Source: a virus (taxonomy: Duplodnaviria; Caudoviricetes). Taken from it: a stretch of DNA of 36,060 bases. The position numbers and the translations under genes are program-made. This document shows positions 8,025 to 17,549 of this stretch, one piece after another (position 1 is the first letter of the stretch; every line of letters starts with the position of its first letter). The notes under the pieces are model-generated. The model was not told where the DNA came from, made no database searches, and saw only the letters and a program-made list of their open reading frames with translations. The stretch lies in IMG/VR virus record IMGVR_UViG_3300037424_001422, positions 1 to 36,060 of that record; one strand, given 5' to 3'.

Positions 8025-9898
8025 CGCGATGATCCTCTGTGCATTTCTTCCATGAGCCCTAAAAGGATTTTTGCATCCTGTCTGGTGAACCTGCCTCGCG
8101 GCTGTGTTGCGTTTCCTGGGAAGGCAAAATTTACGGTGACTGTTTCTTCCGATGTGCTGCTGCTACCGACGGAAGCACCTGTGCCTGATGTGATCGGCCC
8201 GCCAATCTTAAAACCAGGCAGGGAGCGAAGAAAGTTCAGATCATTAAATCTCTGAAAGAAGCCATGTCCGAGCTTGGCGGTACCTTCTTTGCGTATAACG
8301 TGCTCACCATCTTCGACGGCAATGATGCGGCGATCTCCACCGCCGTAACCGGGGAGGCCTCCATAAAAAGGATCGCCACCAGTCGCAAAACCATCTGGCC
8401 TGCTACGGGTATAAGAAACCGGACTGACGCTTTTAGCGGCACTTTTGATTCTATTAATGTCGGAGATGATGGAGTCCGTTGCTTTCTTTGATTCTTGCTT
8501 GGCAGTTTTAAAAACGTTGACCCATACGCCATCTATAAGTTCCATTTCCTGGCTGACTTCCTTCGTGTCTCCGGACATTTGTTCAGTGGTGTCTTTGTAT
8601 TCAGCTGGTATCTCAGAAATTTTCTTTTTAAAATCATCAATAACCGACTTTGCTTCATCAAACTGTCTATTGGTATCACTTATTCCATCAAGTAGACTGT
8701 TGAACTCATCTGCAGAAAACTCACCAAAACCGCTAAGTGTTTCTTCAAAGTTTTTGAGAGGATTGGAATCGATAGCTCCAATCTTTTCCATGCCGGTAAG
8801 GAGGAGATCAAGAGGTCTAAGCAATGTCACTCTCAGCGTCTTAGCCGTTAACTCAAAGCCTTTAACCATAAGTGTGACCACACCGTGAGCCACCAAACCA
8901 AGCCCCTGCCAACCATTGTAAAAAAATCTTAAAACTTCAATAGATGTGCCGATTGCAGAAACCAGAGCAACAAAACCATCCTTCACCAGGTTGACCATCG
9001 CCCCACGGTTTCCGGCTATCTGTTCTTTTAATCCTTTAAAAATCCCGGACAGAACCTTGAATGACTCGATCACAAATGTGTTTTGAGTAAAAAGACCGCC
9101 GACTTCTTTTTGCAGATCACCGTAATTGGTACCCATTTCCTGCAGCGCACCGGAATAAATATCGGCAGATGCTGCAGCACGGCCAAAAGATGGAGAAGCT
9201 TGTTCCAAAAGGATATTGTAGCGGACTTGCGCTTTCTCAAGATCGGTAAGATCTTTCCAGGCTTTACCGGTTGCATTGTTTGCAGCATGCCAGCCTTTGA
9301 CATAATCTTCATTCAGGGTAAGGCCGAGATATTCCGAAGCTTCAGCTTCACCCCTCAGAGCTGCAGTTACCCTCTCGACACCATCAACTAAATTGGTTTT
9401 ACCGGAGGATAAATCGGCACTTACCTGGATCACTTTTTTCATCTGCTCTGCAGACAAACCAAGCCGCTTGGTCATGTCGATTGTCCTGGCACTGGCATTG
9501 CGCAGATCGGTTTCCGAGAAGATACGTAAAGTTTGTTGCAGATCCTTAATAGTATCTTCCCAGCCCGCTGCACTTCCTACATCAAACTGACGATTTGCCG
9601 CCTCGATACTGGACCTCATCCCAAAATTAGCGGTAGAAAACTCACTGGCTTTGCCAATGGCCGCACCGATCGCACGGGTAAACAAATAAAGGCCACCAAC
9701 AGCAGCCGCCGTGGCAGCGGCACCGGTGGCGGCAAACCCTGTTGTTAAAAGAGTGAAATTCCTGCCGCCGAAGGTTGTAAGGGAGCGATTAAGATCCTTC
9801 CCAAAACCCTCCACTTGCTTAGTGGCACCATTTATCGCCTTTCTAAAACCGGTGACATCAGCGGTCAGGTCAACCTTTATTTTCTTGTCATTCGCCAT
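8021..9898 (-). CDS. Tail tape measure protein (625 aa)
   Basis: N-terminal IKVDLTADVTGFRKAI, helical body, C-terminal GFATGG...PGYGGGD...EDGEHVIR motif; follows the TAC gene. Confidence 0.92.
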   Translation of the reverse strand: MANDKKIKVDLTADVTGFRKAINGATKQVEGFGKDLNRSLTTFGGRNFTLLTTGFAATGAAATAAAVGGLYLFTRAIGAAIGKASEFSTANFGMRSSIEAANRQFDVGSAAGWEDTIKDLQQTLRIFSETDLRNASARTIDMTKRLGLSAEQMKKVIQVSADLSSGKTNLVDGVERVTAALRGEAEASEYLGLTLNEDYVKGWHAANNATGKAWKDLTDLEKAQVRYNILLEQASPSFGRAAASADIYSGALQEMGTNYGDLQKEVGGLFTQNTFVIESFKVLSGIFKGLKEQIAGNRGAMVNLVKDGFVALVSAIGTSIEVLRFFYNGWQGLGLVAHGVVTLMVKGFELTAKTLRVTLLRPLDLLLTGMEKIGAIDSNPLKNFEETLSGFGEFSADEFNSLLDGISDTNRQFDEAKSVIDDFKKKISEIPAEYKDTTEQMSGDTKEVSQEMELIDGVWVNVFKTAKQESKKATDSIISDINRIKSAAKSVSPVSYTRSRPDGFATGGDPFYGGLPGYGGGDRRIIAVEDGEHVIRKEGTAKLGHGFFQRFNDLNFLRSLPGFKIGGPITSGTGASVGSSSTSEETVTVNFAFPGNATQPRGRFTRQDAKILLGLMEEMHRGSSR

Positions 9899-9916
9899 TG
9901 AGATCCTTCAGCGCTT

Positions 9917-10288
9917 TTAAGAAGAGAGAGTAGGGATAGTCCCAGGTTCTTGATCCATGCCCGGCTCGGATAACGGCAAAAATGCAAGAGTAAAAATTCC
10001 CCGCATCATCCTCTCCAGTGATTTGGCGACTCCTTCCATGTCGAGGGCGGTCGCTTGGTCCAAAAAAGGGCGGTTCACCTCAATTATCTTTTCTATCAAT
10101 GGCGCGATTTCAGATGGAGCTTTGGACATCAGGAATTTACGATCAATATCCGTGCAGGCAGATAGCAGAGAAGTGATACTTTCCACCGGATTTTCGTCTC
10201 CACTAGAAAGATCATAGATTTCCTGCATGGTCAATTCCCTGACCATCACTGTTTTTCCGTCAATAACGATTGTTGTTGTCTTTGCCAT
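9917..10288 (-). CDS. Tail assembly chaperone (gpG-like); -1 frameshifted gpGT-like form ends at 9888
   Basis: Between tube and tape measure; VRELTM and EVNRPFL motifs; slippery sequence at 10061-10070. Confidence 0.85.
   Translation of the reverse strand: MAKTTTIVIDGKTVMVRELTMQEIYDLSSGDENPVESITSLLSACTDIDRKFLMSKAPSEIAPLIEKIIEVNRPFLDQATALDMEGVAKSLERMMRGIFTLAFLPLSEPGMDQEPGTIPTLSS
10061..10070 (-). other. Programmed -1 ribosomal frameshift site (C CCT TTT TTG)
   Basis: Two overlapping XXXYYYZ heptamers in the correct phase; the -1 frame is open to TGA at 9888-9890. Confidence 0.8.
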
Positions 10289-10304
10289 AATTCACACCAC
10301 TCCA

Positions 10305-11051
10305 TTAAACCGCATCAAGCATGACGACCGTAAACGGCTCGGTCATTCCTGCCGGTGTGGTCATGGATCCCTTCAATGCTATTTCGGCAAAATTGTCTGC
10401 GAGAAAATCGACTGCAGACTCAGGGCTTACCGTAGCCTCATGGATCGTGACGTAACAGGCTGCGCCGTCCACCATGTTTTTTCCGTCCAAAAAAACTCCC
10501 ATTTTGACTAGCGGTTGGGTAGCGCCCTTGATTTTATATCCGGCCTCGGCACCATAGGTATAGTTAACAAGAATCGCCTGGGCGTCAGTGATATCGCCAG
10601 TGGAGACGACGGTGATCATTCCCAGGCGGGCATCAAAGGTGTAGTCGTCGTTGAGGACGTAAGTGACATCCTTTGCCGCGTTGGTGACGCTAACCGCTGA
10701 GATAATCCTGTTAGCCAGAAACACGCCCTTGTCATGCCGGGCGGTGACAGCCTCGTCGGTAACAGCCGCCCCAACAACAGCATGGGCGACATCATCACCA
10801 AGCAGGGCGATAGCCAGCGCCTTTCGGTCAACCTGGGTCAACGTGATCGACAATTCTGCAGGTTTATTGATGGCCACAGATGCGATAACCTGGCCGTAGC
10901 TGTCACGCCCCTTGCTGGTCTGCTCCTTCAATTCAACATTAGGCTTTAGCTCCAGTTGACCTATGCCAACCTTCACGCTACCCTGTTTAACTCCGGCGGC
11001 TGTAAGGCGGTCGATGTAAACATCTCCAGCGCCGATAAATGATTGTGCCAT
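10305..11051 (-). CDS. Major tail tube protein (248 aa)
   Basis: SFIGAGDVYIDR start, AGGAG RBS, position before TAC and tape measure; no sheath gene. Confidence 0.85.
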   Translation of the reverse strand: MAQSFIGAGDVYIDRLTAAGVKQGSVKVGIGQLELKPNVELKEQTSKGRDSYGQVIASVAINKPAELSITLTQVDRKALAIALLGDDVAHAVVGAAVTDEAVTARHDKGVFLANRIISAVSVTNAAKDVTYVLNDDYTFDARLGMITVVSTGDITDAQAILVNYTYGAEAGYKIKGATQPLVKMGVFLDGKNMVDGAACYVTIHEATVSPESAVDFLADNFAEIALKGSMTTPAGMTEPFTVVMLDAV

Positions 11052-11069
11052 TGTTATTGCTCCTCTAAA

Positions 11070-11486
11070 TTATTGTTTTGCCGAAAATGTATCGATATAC
11101 ACCCGGAATAAAATCTGCATTACATAGACGGTCTTGCCGTGATCCTCGTGAGAGGCGATCTTGATAGTTGGAACGGTGCAAGGCATCATGCCGACAAAGT
11201 CCGGCAGCCAGCCTGAAAATTTTGTACGAAGGGTGTCGAGTATAGGATGCAAAACCGTCTGAGCCGTGCCGTTTTCCTTGTGGCCGACGGTGACCTGTAC
11301 GGCAAATGATAACTCCCTGGTTATCGCCGGCTTATCCGTAACAAGCTTATCCTCAGCGAACCAGACCTCGGCAGACGGCAACGCAAGCTGCCCGCAATTC
11401 AAGGCAGGTTCTACCGATGCAAACAGGCCGAGTGAGGAAACCTTTGCCAAGGTGGCATCAAATAAAGCAGATATCGCATCCATCAA
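11070..11486 (-). CDS. Tail terminator/completion protein
   Basis: 138 aa directly upstream of the tube gene; synteny. Confidence 0.6.
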   Translation of the reverse strand: MMDAISALFDATLAKVSSLGLFASVEPALNCGQLALPSAEVWFAEDKLVTDKPAITRELSFAVQVTVGHKENGTAQTVLHPILDTLRTKFSGWLPDFVGMMPCTVPTIKIASHEDHGKTVYVMQILFRVYIDTFSAKQ

Positions 11487-11779
11487 TTAACACCCAGGGT
11501 AAGAATTGAGAAAGCCGAGCCGTCAGGATCAACAGCCATAACCCGGTAATCGGTGCCGCCGATTGATATTGCCGTGCCGTCCGGATCACCATGAATGCCA
11601 AGTGCCGCAACATCGGCAGAAGCGGCCAGGCAATACGGATCAACCCTTACAACCTGGTCAGACCGGTAATCGGCAACCTGAGCAGTATCGTTGAAAAGCA
11701 CATTGAAGCTGACTCCGTTGACAACGGCAACATCCCCTATGGCTTCCAGCATTACGGCGGCATCTTCGGCGGTAAGCAT
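11483..11779 (-). CDS. Head-tail joining protein (gpFII-like)
   Basis: 98 aa; ISIGGTDYRVMAVDPDGSAFSILTL motif. Confidence 0.75.
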   Translation of the reverse strand: MLTAEDAAVMLEAIGDVAVVNGVSFNVLFNDTAQVADYRSDQVVRVDPYCLAASADVAALGIHGDPDGTAISIGGTDYRVMAVDPDGSAFSILTLGVN

Positions 11780-11946
11780 TACTTAACCGGTTTCCAGCCT
11801 AAAGCCAGGTGCGCATCAACGCAGGTCGGATGCACTTCCAGTTCTTCCCCGTTCTTGCGAAGACGAACCAGATAGCTTGTATCTTCCGCCTCTTCCTTCT
11901 CTTTGCCTTCTGTGTCCGGGTTTTTTAAATCTTTTTTATCCGACAT
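11779..11946 (-). CDS. 55-aa head-associated small protein (not in ORF track): MSDKKDLK...EVHPTCVDAHLALGWKPVK
   Basis: Manually translated; GAGG RBS; TAATG coupling to the next gene. Confidence 0.75.
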   Translation of the reverse strand: MSDKKDLKNPDTEGKEKEEAEDTSYLVRLRKNGEELEVHPTCVDAHLALGWKPVK

Positions 11947-11972
11947 ATCGAAACCTCGTTGTATTAGAATTT

Positions 11973-12008
11973 AAGCGCCTGCCGATCAGTCACGTTCGAC
12001 CGGCGCTT
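11973..12008 (-). promoter_or_regulatory. Stem-loop downstream of the capsid gene (mRNA stability or attenuation)
   Basis: AAGCGCC/GGCGCTT outer stem with a G-U-containing inner stem on the minus strand; no U tract. Confidence 0.5.
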
Positions 12009-12032
12009 TATGGCCCTTCAAAACTATTGAAA

Positions 12033-13163
12033 TTATCCCAGCAGCAGAGCTATCCAGTCTTTCTTGACAGCCTTAACACCCCAGGCAAGACCGATTTCAT
12101 ACTTCACCCGGCGATATTCACGATAAAGGGCAACCTGGAAGGTCAACCCGGAAAGAGGATCGGTAATATAAAAAACGTCCTCGGCACTATCGCCGCCTTC
12201 AGGCATGGCCGGGGATCTGGCAATCAGGTGGATAGCCGATCTGGCAAAAGCCATGTTCGCGGTAAAATTGCCACCGATGGTCATGGCGTTGGCGGTGGGG
12301 ATGGTCATCATTGCGCCGGGATTGTTGAGGCTGATTGTACCCGGCTCGGTAATTCCGGCACCGACGACATATTTATTTTTGGTATCGGCAGCAAAGGTCA
12401 CCACATCACCAGCCAGAACAGTATTGGCACCGGTGACAAGCGCGATATCTTTAACGCCTGCAGCGGTGGCACCACTGGTCACATAGTTGGTACCGGTACC
12501 CTTGACGTGATTAACGATCTTTGCCGATTCGCGGATCTGGAAGCCGTGAAGGTCAAGCAACACGCCCTGACGCTGGAAAGAATCCGTACCGGCCATATGT
12601 GCCTGTGCCTGTTTTCCACGGAAATTCGCCCCGGCACTGGTATCGACAACAAGTCTCAGCTCTGATGCAGGCGCGCCATTATCTACTAAAATTTTGCGCG
12701 CGTAAGAAGCATCGGTATAATCACCGGCAGTGGAAAATGGAGTTGTCCCGGCTGTACCGTGGGCTCTTGAGGCACTTTTAAACAAGGCTGCAAGATCGCT
12801 TTCAACTTCATTGGTCAACGTGCGCACAGCCTGTTCAAACTGACCCTGCAGCAGATTGCCGTTAAACGAGCCGACAGAGAGCTGCTCTTCACCTGTCCAG
12901 CGGACCGGCACTGCCCGAGACTTACTGATGGTCATCGAGTCGTTGCCGATGGTCTGATCACCGTCATCCGGTGATGTGGTCCCGGCGACGATGTCGCGAG
13001 CTTCGGAGGCAGGCGCCACAGGATAAGTGACGGTTTGTCCTACTGCTGCCTGAGCTGCATCGGCGTTCATAAAAACGGAGGGAATGAGGCCGGTCAGCTC
13101 GCGGCTGACGTTCATAACCGCCATGTACAAAATTGGGATGATCCCGGTGAGTGTGTTACCCAT
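12033..13163 (-). CDS. Major capsid protein, P22-coat-like with insertion domain
   Basis: 376 aa; GQTVTYP, NMAFARSAIHLIARSP, TDPLSGLTFQVA and EIGLAWGVKAVK motifs; GGAG RBS. Confidence 0.88.
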   Translation of the reverse strand: MGNTLTGIIPILYMAVMNVSRELTGLIPSVFMNADAAQAAVGQTVTYPVAPASEARDIVAGTTSPDDGDQTIGNDSMTISKSRAVPVRWTGEEQLSVGSFNGNLLQGQFEQAVRTLTNEVESDLAALFKSASRAHGTAGTTPFSTAGDYTDASYARKILVDNGAPASELRLVVDTSAGANFRGKQAQAHMAGTDSFQRQGVLLDLHGFQIRESAKIVNHVKGTGTNYVTSGATAAGVKDIALVTGANTVLAGDVVTFAADTKNKYVVGAGITEPGTISLNNPGAMMTIPTANAMTIGGNFTANMAFARSAIHLIARSPAMPEGGDSAEDVFYITDPLSGLTFQVALYREYRRVKYEIGLAWGVKAVKKDWIALLLG

Positions 13164-13225
13164 GATTTACTCCATTAAATTTTTGGTGTGATTGTTTTAA
13201 GCTGCTCAGTTTTTAAATGGCCGAA

Positions 13226-14326
13226 TTAATCTTTTATGGTTCCACCGGCTTTGCAGAAATCAGCCTGGCCCAGGGCCGTGAGCTTATTGAACTCCGCCCT
13301 GGTCAACTGGCTCCTTTCCGAATTGTTGTTTCCCGCCGGTGGTACAACCGGATTTGCGCTTTCGTTCAGATAGTCTGCAGCCTGATTGCGAAGTGCTTTT
13401 TCAGCGGCAACGATAGCTTTTGCAGCATCGGCACCGGTGGAGACTCCGTCTGCAGCCATGGTCTCAATTAATTTTTCATGGCCTGGAATCAGTTGCGCCC
13501 GGACATCTTCCATGCGCAGTCTTTCCTGTTTGGCTCCTTCTGTTTTCCCTTCTGCCAGGGCAGCGGCAATCTGTTCAGCCATTTTTGCGGTCGCTTCATC
13601 GGTGATAGCCGCGACCAGATCCTGATGCTTCTCTTTCAGAGTTTTAAGATCCATCTTTTGCTCCTTGTTTGATGGTTGTGCGGGCGCGGATGCCCGATGG
13701 TTAGTAAATGATGACGGTGCCAGAGCGACAGCCCTGGTCAGATCGTCGGCGGTAGCTTTGATATCGGCGGCAAGTTTTCCGGCAGTACCGGCAAATGCCG
13801 TTCGGGCGATAGCCATGGCGGACGCCTGGTCATCGTCGTTGTCGGTTGCGGCGAGCTCGTGGGCAAAACCCGCATCGACTATGCCCTGGCCGTAGAAATA
13901 TGTTTCTTCATCCATCATGGATTGAATTTCGGCCTCATCCTTTCCGGTATGACGGGTGTAGGCTTTAGACAGCATGATGGAGAGATCACGGGTAACATTG
14001 CCGTATTTCAGAATATAGTTGTGATCGCCAAACACCCCGCCGTGGACGTTATGGATCATATAGACCGCGTTATCCTCGGCAATGATCCTGTCAGCAGCCA
14101 GGGGAATGTAAGATGCGGCGGACATGGCAAAGCCAACCAGCCGGGCGGTGACATGGCCGGGATAATTGCGGATCAGGTTAAAGATTTCCAGGCAGGTGGA
14201 TACGAGCCCGCCGGGACTGGAGACCAGCAGTTCGACATCATCACCGTTGGCATTGACCAGGCCGGTGCGGATATCGTCGGCGGTTACATCCCAGCCGATT
14301 ATGCCGGAAAGATTAAGTTGCTTCAT
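13226..14326 (-). CDS. ClpP-like prohead protease fused to a scaffold region
   Basis: SSPGGLV, AMSAAS and YMIHN motifs; Ala/Glu-rich helical C-terminus. Confidence 0.92.
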   Translation of the reverse strand: MKQLNLSGIIGWDVTADDIRTGLVNANGDDVELLVSSPGGLVSTCLEIFNLIRNYPGHVTARLVGFAMSAASYIPLAADRIIAEDNAVYMIHNVHGGVFGDHNYILKYGNVTRDLSIMLSKAYTRHTGKDEAEIQSMMDEETYFYGQGIVDAGFAHELAATDNDDDQASAMAIARTAFAGTAGKLAADIKATADDLTRAVALAPSSFTNHRASAPAQPSNKEQKMDLKTLKEKHQDLVAAITDEATAKMAEQIAAALAEGKTEGAKQERLRMEDVRAQLIPGHEKLIETMAADGVSTGADAAKAIVAAEKALRNQAADYLNESANPVVPPAGNNNSERSQLTRAEFNKLTALGQADFCKAGGTIKD

Positions 14327-15960
14327 TCTTCGTCCTCATTTGATTGCGGATTAACTTGTTGTGTCTGTTTTGGTTTAGGCTCAGGCAAAAGACCTTTTTC
14401 CCGAAGCAATTCTTCTTCCCTGATGATCGTCGGCAAGACTCCTTCCCAATCGCCGCCGACAAGTTTGGAACGTTCTTCAGATCTGCTGGTGAGCCGGGCG
14501 TTAATCCGTTCGATAGCCGCGTCGATTTCTTGTTTCGGGTTAAGCTGGGTAGGTGCGTCACCGGTCCAGAGGGTCCCTAGCCAGGCTTTCTTGATCAATG
14601 GATCGGAAAAAAAGCCGGGAGCAGAGAGCCTGCCAGTTGCTACGGCTTCGGTGATAATGGCCTCATAGACCGGCTGACAAAACATTTCGACCAGCCAGGT
14701 GCGACGCCGGCGGAAATATGACCAGGCTTCCTCAAAGGCGGCTTTCGATGATGAGTAGGAATTGGTGAAATGCTTGACCAGCAATTCAAAGGGTAGCTCC
14801 AGCGCTACGCCGATCTGCCGGAGGATAGCCAGCACAAAGCCGTCAAAAGCGGTGTTCGGTCGCCCTGGAGTAGGCGACTCGACTTTCTCCCCGGGCATGA
14901 GGCCAACCATGTTGCCATAACCGAGCTCGATTCCGGTTGTGTCAATCTGCTTTGCCGGATCCCCTTCGGGATTGTCCTCAGTTGGTGCCGGGTTTAAATC
15001 CGGCATCCCCGATTCGTTGGTAACAAAAACAGTCAACATGCCGGAAACTACAGCGGCCATCACTTCGGCATCGGTATAGCGGCCAAGCTGCTTGATAAGT
15101 TCAATTACAGGAGCGAGATAAGGGACGCCCCTGGACTGGTTTGGACGGACCTTGTCAAACAGGTGCAAGACAAGCGGATTACCTTTAGTGTCAAAAGCGT
15201 TGAGGGTATCCCACTTGAATTCATCTTTTTTCCTGGCCAAAAACATCCGGGAGGCATTACCCGGGTGTCGGTTTAAAACATGAAAATTTTCCGTAGCACC
15301 GTAACGATCCTTGCTGACACCGCCCGCCATGTCCATGGTATCTTGAGCAAAGTCTTTATTGCAGACCCTTGCCGCTTCAATCATTTGCAGCTTAAGCGAG
15401 TAAGGAGATCCAGGGCGACGAAAACGGGGAAGATTGATAAAAGTATCGCCGTCTTCCAGGGTCTTTAAAAATGCAAGGCCCTGATACAGCTTGAAAGGCA
15501 GATGCCGTTCCGCGTCGATTTCGCGGGTTTCCGTTGCAAGTTTATACTCTCGCTCTGCAGCGTGCTCCCACTGATCGGCGGCAGCGTCATTGAGACGCAG
15601 TAACTTACGGTCGATCTGAGACTTAACGGAAAGACCGGTACCGACAACCTTTGTAACGTTGGTTTTTATGGCACCGGCTGCAATGGCGTTGTTGCGGTTT
15701 AAATGCTGAGATTCTTCACGGAGGGTGGACAGATCGGGCAGGATGGCACTATCGGCGTCCATCTCACGCTTGCCGGGAAACTTGTTGGCCCGACGGCTTC
15801 TATCAGCTCCGGAGTAACCTCCGGACATAGCCATACGAACCCGCTGATGGTACCGGGAGGAACCTTTAGCAGGACTGAAAAAGTTGACAACCTGATCAGC
15901 CAGGGTGACAGGAACCTTAACGGTACGATTGCCAACAGTGATTTCTTTAGCCAGACTCAT
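14323..15960 (-). CDS. Portal protein, lambda family
   Basis: 545 aa; LREESQHLNRNN, RPNQSRGVPYLAPV and NSYSSSKAA motifs. Confidence 0.95.
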   Translation of the reverse strand: MSLAKEITVGNRTVKVPVTLADQVVNFFSPAKGSSRYHQRVRMAMSGGYSGADRSRRANKFPGKREMDADSAILPDLSTLREESQHLNRNNAIAAGAIKTNVTKVVGTGLSVKSQIDRKLLRLNDAAADQWEHAAEREYKLATETREIDAERHLPFKLYQGLAFLKTLEDGDTFINLPRFRRPGSPYSLKLQMIEAARVCNKDFAQDTMDMAGGVSKDRYGATENFHVLNRHPGNASRMFLARKKDEFKWDTLNAFDTKGNPLVLHLFDKVRPNQSRGVPYLAPVIELIKQLGRYTDAEVMAAVVSGMLTVFVTNESGMPDLNPAPTEDNPEGDPAKQIDTTGIELGYGNMVGLMPGEKVESPTPGRPNTAFDGFVLAILRQIGVALELPFELLVKHFTNSYSSSKAAFEEAWSYFRRRRTWLVEMFCQPVYEAIITEAVATGRLSAPGFFSDPLIKKAWLGTLWTGDAPTQLNPKQEIDAAIERINARLTSRSEERSKLVGGDWEGVLPTIIREEELLREKGLLPEPKPKQTQQVNPQSNEDEE

Positions 15961-16175
15961 CGTGGAGTTACCTCCACAATTCGGATGCGGCCATTACGAG
16001 AAAGCTTTAGCACCCGGCCATTCCACAACTCGATCCCTTTCTGCACTGCAGCGAGATCAGCCCTGGTGCGCTTGCGTCCGTCCACAACAACTTCCTGGCC
16101 ATCAAGGATTTTAGCCTCTGCAGCCAGGTAGTCGTTTAATCTTTGTTGTGCTGTTTCAAGGGTGATTCCGGCCAT
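15957..16175 (-). CDS. gpW-like head completion protein (72 aa, start MAGITLE)
   Basis: AAGGAG RBS before ATG 16175; GQEVVVDGRKRTRADL motif; overlaps the portal start. Confidence 0.88.
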   Translation of the reverse strand: MAGITLETAQQRLNDYLAAEAKILDGQEVVVDGRKRTRADLAAVQKGIELWNGRVLKLSRNGRIRIVEVTPR

Positions 16176-16199
16176 GCGTACTCTCCTTTTGTCATTGAG

Positions 16200-16310
16200 A
16201 CTCAAGAATACGCTAAAAAGCCCACTGAAAAATAGTGGGCTTTTTCCGGCTTTTTCCGGGAATTGCAAAATATCTGTTGTTTTTGCAATTCAAAAACAAC
16301 AGATATTTTG
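16200..16310 (-). promoter_or_regulatory. Late promoter/control region with two perfect inverted repeats and a 10-bp tandem repeat
   Basis: 20-bp IR 16266-16285/16291-16310; 12-bp IR 16215-16226/16234-16245; GCTTTTTCCG x2 at 16239-16258; -10-like TATTCT at 16205-16210. Confidence 0.65.
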
Positions 16311-16355
16311 TTTTTAGGGGGATGACTTATCGTCAGTTAGTATCTTGCAGGTTGC

Positions 16356-16748
16356 CTAACGCCTACAACCAGAGCAATAGGCGTTCTCGTAAGGGTTATA
16401 ATCCCAGGTTATCTTTCCGCACTCAGGACAGTTACCCCTTGTTTTGCCGCTGGTCTGCTTTCTCTTTTTTGGCTTTTTTAGCTTTAGCCCATGACCTTTA
16501 AGCGCTTCTTTGAGGCTGACGTTTTGGCAATCAACTGCAGGACGTGTTCTCTCGTCAATGTAGGCTTTAGGCCAAGGGATATCAGTCTCTCTACTCCTGT
16601 TAAAACTCATCGCCTTTTCTTTTGATATAACCCATGCTCGGCTTAAATCAGTTGTATATCCAGCCCCATCGACGCACCACCACAACAAATCGTTGCCTAC
16701 TGTTTGCCTACTGTCCTGTAGATAAAATTCATCGTTTTCCTGCTGCAT
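16356..16748 (-). CDS. Phage hypothetical protein with C-terminal Zn ribbon
   Basis: GGAGG RBS; FYLQDSR...GYTTDLSRA; CPEC...CSGC. Confidence 0.8.
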   Translation of the reverse strand: MQQENDEFYLQDSRQTVGNDLLWWCVDGAGYTTDLSRAWVISKEKAMSFNRSRETDIPWPKAYIDERTRPAVDCQNVSLKEALKGHGLKLKKPKKRKQTSGKTRGNCPECGKITWDYNPYENAYCSGCRR

Positions 16749-16792
16749 TACTGTATCCTCCTAAGTGCCAGATAATACTTTCATCTCGCCCA

Positions 16793-17032
16793 TCAAGGAT
16801 TCTTATGCATCGGTATCACGAGCAGCTCCCCATCTCGGGCGACATACAACTCAACATCATAAAGCGTATATTGTCCCCCGACACCACCCTTGACAGGCCA
16901 TCGTGGATCCTCCTTAAACTCAAGCCGAACAGGAAAAGGCACCGGCTTTTTCCCTTCAAATTTTTGCTGCGAATAATAATATTTGCTCTGCTTTCTTATC
17001 GTTGCATATATTTTCATTTCGAAATCACACAT
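16793..17032 (-). CDS. Hypothetical protein (79 aa, start MCDFEMK)
   Basis: AAGGAG RBS before ATG 17032; overlaps the upstream stop. Confidence 0.65.
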   Translation of the reverse strand: MCDFEMKIYATIRKQSKYYYSQQKFEGKKPVPFPVRLEFKEDPRWPVKGGVGGQYTLYDVELYVARDGELLVIPMHKNP

Positions 17033-17549
17033 GCTCTCTCCTTGAATCAGCAAAATCAAACAATGGAAATTTTGATCTAGGCTGCGGTTCTTTGATCTCT
17101 TTGATACACACAGGCCTCGGAGCAGGACTTCCGGTCTCCTTCGCCACAACACCCAGCGTCCAATTAATCAAGCCAGCAAGTTTTTCACCTTTAACTCCTC
17201 CACAAAAAAGGCCGGTCCACTTTCGGGAAAACCTGGCTTGTCTGATCATCCTGGCCGCTGCAACCCTTATAGCTTCCGTCCTGGTAGCAAAGACAATCTT
17301 TCTCCCACCGTAATTGTTTTTTTCGATAGACCGTACTTGACCCTCAGTTGCAAAGCGGCCATCAGCTAAGGCAACTATCCCGAAATGCCAACGGCTATCA
17401 TATCCCTGATGTAACTCTTGGTTAGCCCACCAGCTTTCTGTAGGCCAAAGGTAATGATTATACGGCCGCACTCCATCAGCTCGCTCGATAGGTCCGTCGT
17501 ATGGAGAAGGGTCATAATCAGCTTGTTTTTTCATCGTACCTACCCTCAC
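17025..17549 (-). CDS. Hypothetical protein (174 aa)
   Basis: Coupled by GTGA overlap within the operon. Confidence 0.7.
   Translation of the reverse strand: MRVGTMKKQADYDPSPYDGPIERADGVRPYNHYLWPTESWWANQELHQGYDSRWHFGIVALADGRFATEGQVRSIEKNNYGGRKIVFATRTEAIRVAAARMIRQARFSRKWTGLFCGGVKGEKLAGLINWTLGVVAKETGSPAPRPVCIKEIKEPQPRSKFPLFDFADSRREHV

Noticed and set aside
9975-10005. G GGA ATT TTT as the TAC frameshift site
   Set aside because: Imperfect heptamer; the upstream CCCTTTTTTG fits XXXYYYZ exactly and enters the same open frame.
6645-11051. Contractile tail or tailocin
   Set aside because: No sheath or baseplate J/wedge genes recognised.
2347-14668. Long plus-strand ORFs (for example 2815..3507, 5812..6594, 11877..12665, 13859..14668)
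   Set aside because: Antisense shadows of well-supported structural genes, with no recognisable motifs.
16176-16268. N-terminal extension of gpW given by the ORF track
   Set aside because: It runs through the regulatory hairpin; the RBS supports ATG 16175.
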